In this document: piece by piece, positions 15,185 through 29,857 of the stretch | Numbering within the stretch: the first letter of the stretch is position 1 | Layout of the letters: every line of letters starts with the position of its first letter | NCBI RefSeq assembly: GCF_009914755.1 | Contig: NC_060940.1 | DNA from: the human T2T-CHM13v2.0 reference genome, Homo sapiens | Reading direction: 5' to 3' (one strand) | Length of the DNA: 64,000 nt | The notes under the pieces: generated by a model | Told to the model about the DNA's origin: nothing | Databases searched by the model: none | What the model saw: only the letters and a program-made list of their open reading frames with translations | Program-made: the position numbers and the translations under genes

Positions 15185-15748
15185 TGTTATGGTCTCACCA
15201 ATGCACCATAATATAGCAGTCTCTCATAGCCCAAGGTATCACCCGAAGTTCTTTGTCTCACAACCGAGAAAGTTAAGGAGCATGGGCACCAAGGGTGAGG
15301 TAGGAGCAAAAGTTTAACAAGTGAAAGAAAGAGAGAAAGCTCTCTGCCGCAGAGAGGGGTCCCAAAAAAGGGTTGCGTTTCACAGTTGAATACAGAGGCT
15401 TTTATAAGAAACTGATGCAGGCTGGGCATCTCATTTGCATAAGGTGTGAATTTCTGGTAGCTTCACCCCTTCCTCCTAGCACACATGTGGGCCCTTAGCT
15501 TGAGTTACTCCATATTGCTATGTTCCCCTTACTGTGCATGTGTCAGGCAACAGAATTTTCCATTGCGAGCATGTCTGGGCAAGTCTCCTGTGTAGGCTTT
15601 CTTATCTGTGTAGCTGTAGGCATATCTTATGCAAGCCTCCCCTGTGCAAGTTCCCTTATCTGTGCCTGCAGGCTATTCTTTTGTTTGAAAGAACTCAACT
15701 GAGGACCTAACTGCCTGCCTGACTGGTTTCTTCCTTCCTCCTCTCTCA
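15185..15748 (-). mobile_element. MER61-like ERV1 solo LTR
   Basis: Ends gactggtttcttccttcctcctctctca (reverse of TGAGAGAGGAGGAAGGAAGAAACC); 4-bp TSD gttt at 15181-15184 and 15749-15752. Confidence 0.8.
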
Positions 15749-16046
15749 GTTTCAACACAGCAACCACCCAGTATTCCTTCCTGATAAGAGACCACCACCA
15801 ACAGAGTGGTTCTGGCCAGTGAATGGAGGATGTGCAGTGAATGTTTTCATTTCTTCTGATTCTCTTTTTGACATCAGAGGGCCAAAAACTCCATCCCTGG
15901 ATCGTACTATTCCACTATTTTTTGAACATGGAACTCATGAAGAAGAATAAAGCTCAATCTCCCATGTACATTTTTGTCCTTTCATGAATATTCATAGATC
16001 CTCCTGTAACCTATTGAATATGTGTGTTTGACCACTCCATTGGTAT

Positions 16047-16324
16047 ATCCAAGGATGGAGTTTTTGGCCCTCTGATGTCAAAAAGAGAATCAGAGGAAAT
16101 GAAAACACTCACTGCACATCCTCCATTCTTTGGCCAGAACCACTCTGTTGTTGGTGGTTGCAGTGTTGAATACTGGGTGGTTGCAGTGTGGGAAGGAATA
16201 CTGGGTGGTTGCAGTGTTGAAACTGAGAGAAGAGGAAGGAAGAAACTGGTCAGGCAGACAGTTAGGGTGGGTCCTCAGTTGAGGTCATTCAAACAAAAGA
16301 ACAGCCTGCAGGCACAGATAAGGG
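16047..16324 (-). repeat. Inverted local duplication of 15653-15902
   Basis: Reverse complement matches 15653-15902, including the MER61/host-LTR junction; gtttgaccac flanks both sides. Confidence 0.93.
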
Positions 16325-16504
16325 TTTGACCACATGAATTCCAGTCTAATTCTTCCCACCCTCAAAGCACTTGTTTCTGGCTTCTGACTGATGGCTAGGC
16401 TTTCCAGATGGTCAGAATGGCCACCCTGCAGGGGCAATACTTTACGAGAAATGAAGCTCTCCTTTCCAAAGTTATGAAGTTTGCCATTCTTGAGGTGACT
16501 CTTG

Positions 16505-17053
16505 AAATTAATTTTTGAACAAGGAACTCTACATTTTCATCTTGTACTGGACCCAATAAATTGCTGACAAAGATTCTTTGTTTGTCCAAACTTTGGTCAG
16601 GCTCCTGAGCCTTCTCCTAGGCTCATCTGTGCCCTTGGCAGATTTTGCAAGGAGCCCAGAAAAATCAGGTTAGCCAGAAATCCCTACTCTTGATATCTGA
16701 TCACCCTCTATACCTAATCAGGTTCCTCACCCTCCACCATTCCCCATCTGGTGTCTGATCACCCTGGCCTTTCTTCAGCAAGAATCTTGTTAGGTTGGTT
16801 TAGCCAGAAATCCTTCCCCTTATCTCTGATGTTTCCTCTTAGTAATTTTCCATCCGCTGGCCCCAACCCTGCACCTTGGCTATAGATTTTGACTTGTCCA
16901 TATACGTTTTGAGTTGAATCTAATCTCTCTCCCTGACTGCAAAACCCCATTACAGTAGTCCCTACGCCTATTGACATGATCCTGAGTAAAGTCTACTTTA
17001 CCAAGAGTTAACAAGTATTGAATTATTTTTTAACATTATGTAGCCAGTCCTGC
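16505..17053. mobile_element. MER53-like DNA element split by MER31
   Basis: tttgaacaaggaactctacattttcatcttgtactggaccc on the left and ttatgtagccagtcctg on the right of the LTR. Confidence 0.55.
16565..17035 (+). mobile_element. MER31-type ERV1 solo LTR
   Basis: Start tgacaaagattctttgtttgtccaaactttggtcaggctcctgagccttctcctaggc; internal tgatcaccctggcc...cagcaagaatc. Confidence 0.8.
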
Positions 17054-17207
17054 TTGTAGAATATTGTCCAACCCAGGTTAAATCCTTTCTAAACCCTATT
17101 CCAGAACCCTGGAAAGGAAAACTTCCCTTTCCCACAGCTCCCTCTCTGCTCTGCATTGTCTGTTCTGTTCTTCTCTGGTCTGTCCAGCAGATCTGTTGGT
17201 ATCACTT

Positions 17208-17772
17208 TGAGAGAGGAGGAAGGAAGAAACCAGTCAGGCAGGCGGTTAAGGTAAGTCCTCAGTTGAATTCTTTCAAACAAAAGAATAGCCTGAAGGCACA
17301 GGTAAGGGAACTTGCACAGGGAGGCTTGCATAAAACATGCCCACAGCCACACAGATAAGAAAGGCTACAAAGGTGAGTTGCTCAGACATGCTCAAAATGG
17401 AAAATTCTGTACCCTGACACATGTGCAGTAAGGGAAACAAAGCAATATGCAGTAACTCAAGCTAAGGGCCCACATAAGCACTAGGAGGATAAGGTGGAGC
17501 TACCAGAAATTCACACTTTATGCAAATGAGATACCCAGCCCTCATCAGTTTCTTATAAAAGCCTTTGCATTCAGCTGTAAAAATGGCAACTCTCCTCTAG
17601 GTGCCCTCTCCACAGCGGAGAACTTTCTTCTTTTGCTTATTAAACTTTTCCTCCAACCTTACCCTTGGTGTCCATGCTCCTCAGCTTTCTTGGTCATGAG
17701 ACAAAGGACTCTGGGTACCACCTTGGGCAATGAGAGACTGCTACATTGTGGTGCTTCCAAGATTGACTATAA
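17208..17772 (+). mobile_element. MER61-like ERV1 solo LTR
   Basis: Start tgagagaggaggaaggaagaaaccagtcaggcagg; same family as 15185-15748, opposite orientation. Confidence 0.8.
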
Positions 17773-18650
17773 ATTAAAATAAGAATCCTGGAGAGCATTT
17801 CCTGGGAGGATTCTTCATTGGCCTGAATTATTTGTGGGGAAGTGATTCTGCCTTCAAATTGTTCTGCTCCTGGGTAAGAAGCAGAGCACTACTATCACCA
17901 TAGAACAATTGTACCAAGCAATGAAAATTCATCCGAGGTATTAATTAGCTCAATATTTATCTCATCTAATATGCAAATTAAGACACTGCGGTCTCATTAG
18001 TGTCATCTGTGTTTCCTTTAAGCAAAACGAAATCTCTTGCCAATGCAAGAAAAAGAAAAAAAATCAGTATTTCTCTTTGAAGCTAATGAGGGTGTGATTT
18101 GGCTCTTCCTTTGTTATGAGGTAGCAAGTTAGGAAAAACACGTTTTAAATATGCAAAGTATGGCCTGACCTCATCTATCAGAGGCAAGATCACAGCCTTG
18201 ATGATGTGTGGTTATTAGGTTATATGCATCACACTTGTCCACAGAACCCAAGTCTAAGGAGCAGGTGGGTGAGTTTGCAGTGAATCATCAATGAGGAGAT
18301 GAACAAAGAAAGGAGATGCAGCCTTCAAGAGGCTGCTCAGCAAACAGATGTGGTATTACTTCAATGATAAGAGAGGTAGGAAATTAATTTCTTTAATACC
18401 ATGAGTCTTAAAAATCAGAAAATGTATCTCAAATTGAAAAAGAGCAAAGAGAGTTCAGTTCAAAATTTCTTCCAGCTTCCCATTTTCAGATTTCAGAATT
18501 TATACAGGCAATAATCAAACAGTCATCAAATACCCACAATGTCCCCCAAAATTCAAGCTATATGTGCTGGAGATATGACAATTCTACAAAGCACCAATGT
18601 CAGTAACTCCAACAGTCTGGGTCTTTGGCCGGCTGCCAGGAATTCCACAT

Positions 18651-19575
<925 letters not shown>

Positions 19576-19584
19576 GCATGCATT

Positions 19585-19710
19585 AACTCTCATCTCAAAA
19601 TAACTCAGCAGGGCATGGTTTCCTTCTTTTATACAGACGACGACATTGTGGTTCAGGGCAGTTAGGTCACTTGGCCAAGGTCATTCAGCTAAAACTTGGC
19701 CCAGGTGGGA
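19585..19710 (-). mobile_element. MIR relic
   Basis: Reverse MIR core gttaggtcacttggccaaggtcattcagcta. Confidence 0.55.
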
Positions 19711-20246
19711 CCAACAGATCAAAGGAATGTGACCAGCCACAGGGAAGGCAGCTTAATTAGCCAGGTGTCCTGCAGGCAGTAACAGGAGGGTTGAAAAGGT
19801 GCCTGCCTCTGTCTCACCCTGAAGACACCTTGTGGATTTTCGCTTTCCTAAGGCCACAAGTCCCAGGTGGCTCCCTGCTGTCCCCATTTCCCAATTTTGA
19901 CAAGCTATTTGAGACCTGTGTTGTGAACACAGCCTGCTCTCTAGAGCAGTAGAGAGACTGGTCTGCATTCCGACACCTTCTGGGGCCTGAAAACTGAAAA
20001 CCACTCTGCAGGCAGACAGAGGCTGATTTCCATATGTTGCAAATCGTGTCAAGTGTCACAGCCAAGATGCAAGGAGAACTCCCAGCTGTGGCGACCAGGG
20101 ACAGGCGATGGGAGTCGGAGGAGCTGCCTTTGGCTCTGAGACAAAGCAGGAGAAAGAGGCCATGACCTCCTTGTGACCCTTGGCCCACGAATGACAGATT
20201 CCCCCAGAGCACTTTCATCTTGTCAGATTCCACGCCTGTGAGCTCA

Positions 20247-20721
<475 letters not shown>

Positions 20722-22559
20722 TCAAAACTCTGGGGACATTTACACCCCACCACTGGAACTTCAGGAGGATGCTTTCCACCTGTCCCAGCACTTCCCCTTC
20801 CATCTCTAGCTCTGAGGCCTACAAATAGGCAGAAATGGGTATGCCCACTTGACAGATGGGAATACTGAGGCCCCCAAAGGGCAAAATGGCCCACTCATGC
20901 GGGAGAGCTAGGGTAGCCTGGGAAATGAATCTGTCTCTGCATTGTCTCCTCTGTACCAGTTCCCATGCTGGGGGTGACCACATTAGCTTTCTGGAATTGT
21001 CACAATGTCCTTCTGAAGTAGGTGGTGGGGCTCCCATTTCAGAGCTGGAGAAACTGAGAGTGAGCCTGTCAAAAATGGGAAAAAGAAATGAATCCTTGTG
21101 AGTCCTTGTTGAGTGCCTTGTGCTGGGGGTGTTACATAGATATAAAGACCACATGACATAGAAACAGGTAGCAGAGAGAGGGGTGGCCTGGGAGTTCCAT
21201 GTGCTAAAAGACCCTTTGAGGAGGTTTGCTGTTCTTCCTCCTTAGATGCAAAAAGCAAGAAGAAGGAAAGACCGATAATGACCTTCCCGCCAAAGGAAAA
21301 CACTCCGCATTCGCATACTCCCCCTGCCCCAGGGCCAGCATTGCTGGGAGCAACAAGCTGAGTGCTAAGCTGTGCACAGATGGGAGAGGTGGACACAGAA
21401 GTCCAATCCCACGGCCCGCCACACCTGGGGAGGAAGGGAAGAAAACCACACCTGCTCAGTGCAAATGGAATGGGTTTTGAAGCTTAATGGTGCACGGAAT
21501 TTCTGTGTCTTTTTGCTGTCTCTGCATCTGATGATCGGTATCTGTCTTGGATTTGTTTTGTTTTGTTTTGTTTTTTACCATTCAATAAACCTCTTAACAT
21601 AAACTTGCTTTCAGAGTGGTTGCCTTGGGATTCTTTAAATTATGTAATATTTTATATACAATGAAGTATATATTAGGTATATACAAGTTATAAAGCAAAA
21701 TCATAAAACTCATACCCATGTGCAGAACACTTGGCCTGAGAAGTAGAATGTCACTAAAGTGCTAAGGTCACCTGAAGGCTTCTCTCTCAGAATTTGGCCC
21801 CTAGAAATATATTCTATGTAACTAATTTTAACAAGAGCTCATGAAAAAATTCTCTTGCAGTGGGTGCTATAGATCCTGTTGGTTCATTTAATCCTGTCCC
21901 CATTTTACAAATAGCAATGTCAAATGTAGAGGGATTCAGTAACTTAGTCACTCAACTGATGCCCCATGGAGCCAGGATGTATCCCTGAAACTGCCTAATG
22001 CCCCCTAGATGCAGTACATTGCACAAATCCAGGAGGCGCCTTTTGCAGGCAGTCTATGGGACTGGTGCCTTCTCTTGGGGGCTGTGTGATGTTGGGGTCC
22101 TGCCAAATCTCATGCTTTTACGTCTTCACTTTACATCCAGAGTGGGGCTGATATTTAAACCTCCCAGGACATACTATCTGGTTTTTAAGAAATTTGACAC
22201 TGCTGGTGTACTGCCTGAGTCTCATTTGTTTTATTTCCCGTTATTCCATTTGTGACAGTGAACCAACTAAAAATTCCTTTCAACTCAGATGGCCTCCCCA
22301 TGCAATATGATCCTGGAAAAATCACATTTTGAATTACTGTGAAAATGTCTTGCCTGCTTTATTGTCCCCAGCAACCGGAAAGAAATGTAAGCAATGAGTG
22401 ATATGACAGTTTGGAAGATGATGATGAGAAACTCTAAATGAGATTTTGGCTGTTAACAGGGTTACTGCACAGCTGTATTAATCGGAATAGGAGTTAAAAT
22501 GCAGCAAGAGTGGGGGAAGAAAAGAAAGGAACTGTGTCTCTTGAGCAAGGACAACATGC

Positions 22560-22720
22560 CAGGTACTGACAGGAAGGTTTTTCATACACATTACCATGTT
22601 CAATTGTCACAGTAGCCCTGGAGGCAAAACGTTTTTAATCCCCATTTTACAGGTGAGCAAACTGAGGCTAAGTGTCCCACCAAAGGGCAGCAGCCGGTCA
22701 GCTTGTTGACCTGCAATTAA
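22560..22720 (-). mobile_element. MIR relic
   Basis: ccccattttacaggtgagcaaactgaggct. Confidence 0.65.
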
Positions 22721-23089
22721 ACTATTTTCTTCTGATCCAAACTCCTGGTTCTTTCAGCATTATAACTTGATGACTTATGCTTGCTTGGAGCCAAAACTCA
22801 TTAAGCATCTACTGAGTGTAAAATTCACAGATGCACAAGAAATTTTGAGTCAGAGGACTTTCTAATAGGGCAAATAACTCTACCTCCAAAATGTGGAAGG
22901 AGCTTCAGAGATCATCTTGTACTTGTTCCTCTGTTTTGTGAAGCAAGAACCAAATTGGTGAGGAGACTTGGTGAAGTCACACACTTCAAACGGCCCCTCT
23001 CTTCTGGGACATATTCACTGTTGTCCCAGAGGAACTCATAATTGCATATTCTTTGTAACATTAACTTTGCATGTTAATTTTTTGAGTTT

Positions 23090-23930
23090 AAATAAACTTT
23101 TTATCCCTAAGTAATGTTAGATTAACTGAAATTTCCAAAAATAGTATGAGGAGTTCCCATAGGTTCTTTATCCAGCTTCCCCCAATGTTAACACCTTCCA
23201 TAGTCATGAAACTGTCCCTATAAACTATACAATTAATAAATTAATCAGGGCAGAAGGGAGAGAGAGAAATGAAAATAAGCCAGGCTTGCAGCTTACTCAG
23301 CATTAATCCTAAACCTGCTCCCTGACCTGCTTCCTAATAGTTGTTTGGTGTCTATTGTCCTAGAATCACATAGATCCTGCAATAAGGTTATCGTCCCCCT
23401 TAACTGCTCTATAGATAACTTGAACATTATAAAACATTGTTTTCCCTTTTAGACATTCTTTCAGGTCCTGTGTACCAGTGAAACTACTGATGTCAGCTGG
23501 TCTGAAGGACCCACAGGAGCTTATTCACCAAATAACTCAATTTCTGCATCCTGATGATTTCATCCCCCTTGCTCCAACAAATCAACAATCCCAGTTTTCC
23601 AGTCCCTCATCCTCCACTATCCCTCAAAAATTCCATCTCAGAACTCCTCAGGGAGAAGGATTTGAGGATCTCCTCCCATCTCCTCACTCAGCACCTTGCA
23701 ATCATTAAACTCTTTCTCTGCTGTAGACTCTGCTGTCTCAGTATAATTGGTATGTTACTGTACAGAAGGCATACAAACTTACTGGTCCTATAATAGTCAT
23801 GGTAGATTTGTCAAAACTAAGACTGTAACATTGGTACAATACCATTAAGTAAACTACAGGCTGTATTTGGATATCATCAGTTTTCTTACTAATGTCTTTT
23901 TCTCTTCCAGGATCCAATCCAGGATTTTAG
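23090..23930 (-). mobile_element. Old L1M (L1MC-like) 3' fragment split by LTR26
   Basis: cagcttcccccaatgttaac before the LTR; aacattggtacaatac...ttccaggatccaatccagg after it. Confidence 0.6.
23207..23795 (+). mobile_element. LTR26-type ERV1 solo LTR
   Basis: Start tgaaactgtccctataaact...ttaatcagggcagaagggagag...gaaaataagccaggcttgcagc; perfect 4-bp TSD gtca at 23203-23206 and 23796-23799. Confidence 0.82.
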
Positions 23931-24279
23931 ATGCTAATTCAATTATTTCTAAGTCTCTTAAATTTAAAACCTACCCATGTGTGCCTATTCACTAGGCAAT
24001 GAGACTTCCCAAAAGGCAAAGACTCCAGGTAACAACCACAAGATACGCATTTATTAAATATGCACAAGCAATATAGACTTAGCAAAGGCTTGTTATGCTG
24101 CTGATGAATGCAAAGACCTCAAAAGTGGAACCAAAGCCACAGCCTTTTCCATCTATCCATATTTCCACTAAAATTATGTGCAGATAATCTGTATAGACAG
24201 ATATTACACATATCTGTGTGTGTAATGCATATCTACACATACACACTTTAAAAACACATATAGGTACATGTTCCATGAC

Positions 24280-24850
24280 TAAGAAATCATTTCAAATCAA
24301 TTTGGAAATGTTGGGCAATTCAATAAATGGTGTGAGAACAACTGGCTATTCATTTGACATAAGTAACTAAATAGATGCCTATCTACTCCCGACCTAATAT
24401 CATTTCCAAAAATAAGTCTCAGAATTATTAAAGTGTCAAATATTGAACAAGTAAAAATATCAAATGATTAAAAGAAAACCCAAATAAATATACTTATAAT
24501 ATTGTGGTAAATCAGGGCTTTTCAAACACAAATGCTGTGAAAAGAGTAAAACATTGGATTACAAAATTGGGTGAAAAATATTTTCAAAATATATAGCAGA
24601 CAAAAGATTAATGATGAGAACGCATAAAAATGTCTACAAATAAATAAGTAAAAGACTAAATAAACCAACAGAATAATGACCTAAGGATTTATATTGGCAA
24701 TCCACAGAAACAGAAGTACACACAGCTCATGCATATTAAAGAATATTTGCCCTCACGGTAATCAGGAAACAAAAATTGAAGCAATGACAAGATGTCATTT
24801 TCACCCACAGGGTTGCCACTGGTTAAACAAATGTGTGCAAATGTGGAGTT
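24280..24850 (+). mobile_element. Old L1M ORF2-region relic
   Basis: A-rich; attcaataaatggtgtgagaacaactggctattcatttg and caatgacaagatgtcattttcaccca resemble degenerate L1 ORF2 3' sequence. Confidence 0.6.
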
Positions 24851-26182
24851 TGGGTGAGGGTGAGGGTGAGGGGACTCCAGCCTTGAATGACTTGAATGAG
24901 TTGAGCTGCTGGAAGAACTGCCAGCAGGAGCAAGCTGACCTGAGGGTGATTTGTCCTGAACCATCAAAGACAAATCCCACATCTGCAGATAACAATTGCT
25001 GAATTTTCAGCCTCTAATCTGGGCCTAGGTGGCACCTGAAAGATGGGCATGGCCCAGATGTCACTGCAGACTCAAACCAGAGTACCAGGGCCTAGAGTCC
25101 AGGTAGGAACTTAGACTTTAGTTCAGGAGAAACATAGAAAATGTTTCTGGTGGGTGCTGAGTCACTGCATCCAGTTGCCCCTGGCCTATCCTCACTCCAC
25201 TGACATCTCTACCCCCAAATCAACACACTAAAATCTTCTTATGAGGGTTTAGGAAGAAAGGCAGGAGACCCTCAGCTGCAAGGATGGCTGAGGATGCTGC
25301 TAGATGCTCCCTTAGACTCCCCTGCTCTCCTGCAATTTACAACCAGGCCTTAGAGCCCTGTCAGAGGAGAGCCTCAACCCTGCCTTCCTCAGGGCCGGCT
25401 GTCGGGTTCTGCTTTCTCAGGAAGTACCCTAAAAATGCTTTCTAGAAGAACCACCCTCATTTACTCCCCTGGACTCCCTCCCTTCTCTATGAAGTTTTAT
25501 TTAGAGCCTTGATACCGAGAGGCCCTTGACGCGACACCCACCAGGGGTGATATTTACTATGTTCCTCGTGAACCATTTTTGCTGCCCTAGAGAAAGACCA
25601 AACATTTTGGGCTCTTTCTGGGAGCATTTCCATGACTTACGAGGTTTATTTAGGGCCTAGGAATGCCTCCCTTGAGATGGAGAGAGGCTGGGCCTCCTCC
25701 TGGCCAGAGGCCAGGTCAATCATATGCCTGAAAATGTGCTAGTGAGAAGCTGTTATGCTCTCCCCGCTTGGCAAGGCAATTTGTTCTGGAGTCTAAAGAT
25801 CTGGGGCAGGTGTGGGGTGGGAGAGGGCTGTACAAGTGAGGAGTGAGGATCTAAAAAATATTCTTGAGGAAATAGCGTAAAAGCCCTCAAATCCAGACTT
25901 TGTAGCCTGCTAAACGGGGGTGTTTCCAGGGCTTCGACTAGTAAAGTACGAGACCTTCTAAATGGCATTAGCTTAAAATAGTCAGTAAACTTGGTAGCTG
26001 GATATTCAAACCCAAAAACCAAGGACATTTTGGCAGAGAGTGCATTCTGTTGTGTTACTGGGTTTAAATGCTCTGCAGACACCACTCTCCGTTATGGTCT
26101 ACACCCAGTGTGCACTATCCTCACCACCCTGCCTGTGTTATGCTGCCGTTTGAGACCTGGTATTTAAAAATATGACTGCCTA

Positions 26183-26685
<503 letters not shown>

Positions 26686-28006
26686 TAAAGTTGACCTCGG
26701 CCTTCCCTACAATACTCCCCGTATCTGGCCACACCCTCTCTCACTTCTACCCCTCAGGTGCATGGCCCTTTCCACAACACTCTCAGTTCTGCTCTGTCAC
26801 TGTCCCAGGCATCCCCTGGTCTAGGGCAGGGATCTTCTGTCTGGTTCTCCCTCATTCCCTGGGGAGGGGGCCCTCCAATCCATCCTCCTACACTGCAGAG
26901 GCAGAGGATTTTCTGCACGTGCATTTATTCACACCCTTCTTTCAATATCTGACCCCTTCCCACCACTCAGGATGCATCTACTGCCTCTGCTCCAAAACCA
27001 GCCCATTCCCCCAGATCCAAGCTACTATTGGGCCCCAGATGTGCTGTTTGACCCTTCTACCCCTTTAGCTAAGCTGTTTCCACTGAAAGCCTAGCCTCTT
27101 GTCTTCCTCAAATTAACCTGCTTCACCCTTCAAAATCCATCCCATTGTTCCTTTCCTGGAGGGTCCTACTGAGCCTTCCAGTACCTCCAATTTTGCACTG
27201 TCAGTGGCCCTACCTCACTGAGCGGTTTATACACCCATCCCCAACTAGATGTTATATTGCTTTTGGATTTCTATGTCTAGATGCTTCCTGGCTTCTAGAT
27301 CATGCTCAGTGGAAGAGGGGAAAACAAATTAGTGAATTCATGGCTGTGGGATCTCTAATCCCTGCAGGCAGCTAAAAGAGTTGGGAATTCAAAGATATTG
27401 ATCAGTGATGGTTTATAGATGGGATTTCATAGAAGATGGGGATGGATTCTGGGGCCTGGGCCTCTCAAAAATGCAGGCCCTCTCCAGAGTGTTAAAGAGA
27501 TGGGATTATCTACCCCTTGAATCATGGAGCAGAATGAGGGCAGGAGCCCCTCACCCTGAGCACAGCACACAGGATGCCCCAGGACAAGCCAGTCTCTGCT
27601 GTGACCCAACTTGATGTGCCATGGGGAAAAGTGTGGGCTAGTAGAAACTGAGCAGAAGCAGCCCCATCCATCCTCCAGGTCCAGAAATAATTTCTACTAT
27701 GTGACAAAAAGCAAAACCAGCCAGCCAGATTGGTGTATTTTTGCTGCTGAACATTAGAGTTCATGATCTGATTCTGCTGAAGACCTACACATGCCAGAGC
27801 CAGTGAGAGATCCTAGCCAGGCCAGCCAGGCGCCACCTCATGTCAGAATGTCACCTGAGCCTTTGGCCTGAGCAGGAAGCTGCATCTGGTAGGAACCCCA
27901 GGTCCTGCTCATGAGGCTTGGGTTCAAATTCCAGTCTTATCTTTTACTTCTTCTGTTATGCTGGGTGAGTCACTCTCATTTCTCTTCCTTAGTTTCCTTC
28001 TCTATT

Positions 28007-28080
28007 AAAAAGAAAAGAAAACAAAAGAAGAGAAGAGAAAAGAAAAGAAAGAAAAGAAAAGGAAAGAAAAGAAAAGAAAC
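28007..28080. repeat. (GAAAA)n low-complexity tract next to a MIR relic
   Basis: Direct reading of the sequence. Confidence 0.85.
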
Positions 28081-29857
28081 AGCCAATAAGATTCTCACAG
28101 TTCCTCCTAGCAGTGACTTTCTGGAGGGCACTTCTCCCTTGCCCTTGACCATGGAACCCCTACCTGCCCACAAAGGCTTCAGAGACTCAAGTGGAAGGAA
28201 GGATGAGATTGGATGGTCATGGGCAAGAGGTACCATGCACTTTTCAAAATGAGTTTGGCAGGATGTAGGTAGGTTAATAGGAATTGGAGGTAGTGAGGGT
28301 TTTTTCTTTTTTTTTTTTCATGTAAGTTTGCAGGACTTCTCATAGCCTTCAGTAAGCAAATAAATACTGCAAGCAAACTGTGAATTGTCAATTATAAGAC
28401 ATGGATCTCACCATATTCCAGTCTTATCTGAGCATGCATCTTTTTATTCCCTCTAACAGAAATTTTCCTAGGACCAAGTATTATGTAGAAAACATCTTCA
28501 GAAACCCTGGTGGGGCAGAAATCACTATAAAATCTGAGCCAAATCCTAGCTCACCATTTATCTACATTAACATGGGTACATTTCAGACTTAGTTTACTGG
28601 ATGAAAATGGAAATGTTTATCATCTCTAACTAGTGGTATTTTTTTTTCTTTTTCACCTTTATTTTCCAAAATTTCTATAATAAGCATTTTCAGTAACCAC
28701 TCCTTAGAATTATGAATGATATGTTTAGAGTGTAGAGTAAAATTTCAAAGCCTCCTCCCAAGCTCCATGTCTTAAGAAAATCGTAACATTTGTTTTGCAT
28801 AAACTTTTAGTACTTCCACATGAGCATTTTCTTTTTTTTTTTTTTTTTTTTTGAATAACTAAGTTTTGTTTTAAAATCAGTTTCAATGACCTCCAGCTCT
28901 GGTGGTTGCTGTAAAGAAGGAGAGCCTGGCTATGCACATTGACAAGCCCAGCACAGAGCTTGGCACATGACAGACACCTATAAATATGGGTTAGAAGCAG
29001 ACTCCTGCTCTGGGATTGGTGCACTCATTAAGGGAGCCCTGCGCCAGTTGCTTCCAGAGTTGATGACTTCCAGAAGTTGCTGCCCTGTGCAAATTCAGAA
29101 AGAAATTTACACCTTCCTGGATGGAGCCTCTGGAGCCTCTGAAAGCAAACAACTGGAAAGAGACCTGTCTTGCCCCTCAGAAGGACCATGGGGCTCCACA
29201 GGAGGCCCCTTGTCTGCCAGGGGCACTTAACACTTTCCCAATGGTGACGCCAAGAAATTTCTTTCTGTCCAGGGGAGCGTGTGGTGGGGCAGGGAGAAGG
29301 AAGGGGATGGGGTGTCTGCTCCACCAGCAAAGAGCTCGCTCTCCTCTCTCTTGAGTTCTCTCCAAGCCCTTCACTGGCCAAGCTGAGGAAAGCTCCTTGT
29401 GGATTTTTATCACGGTCAAATTACTCATTTACAAAAAATGCTGCTGCAGATGGGCAAGTCCCCACAAAACCGTGCCAGGGACTCTTTAGGGCTGATCCTG
29501 CTGCTTGGCATAATGAAGCCCTGATTACCGCAGCACTGAGGGGTGTCGGGCTTGCCAGAGGCCCGCTTTTAATGAACTTTCCCATCCAAAGTTGGCCGAG
29601 ACAATGCCAATCAATTGGAATTGATTACTTCTCGAAATCCATGCCTCAGCTTGCAGGAAACACGCGCAAACACACCCAACATGTGAGGGTTCATTTGATT
29701 TCTTGGGAGAAAAAGGAGTTCTTTGCAGCCTGAGATAATGATGGATTAGCATTTTCCAGATTCCCAGGACACTGGAAAGAACTGGTGTGTCCTGAAGGAA
29801 CCTGGGAAAGATGGGATAAGCTTTGGTGGCCTCAGAGTTCAGATTATGCCTGGAGCT

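Larger units (their letters stand above)
14921..16500 (+). mobile_element. MER4-group (MER83-like) ERV1 solo LTR hosting nested insertions
   Basis: Start aaaaataaaatcctaagctccccc; 3' end gaaatgaagctctcctttccaaag...tgaggtgac; 4-bp flanks cttg at 14917-14920 and 16501-16504. Confidence 0.7.

Noticed and set aside
15185-17772. Possible provirus bounded by two MER61-like LTRs
   Set aside because: The LTRs are in opposite orientation, the first has its own TSD, and no gag/pol/env sequence lies between them.
27830-27844. CTCF-like motif (reverse gacatgaggtggcgc); a similar one at 22677-22691
   Set aside because: Each has mismatches at conserved core positions and cannot be supported without PWM scoring or ChIP data.
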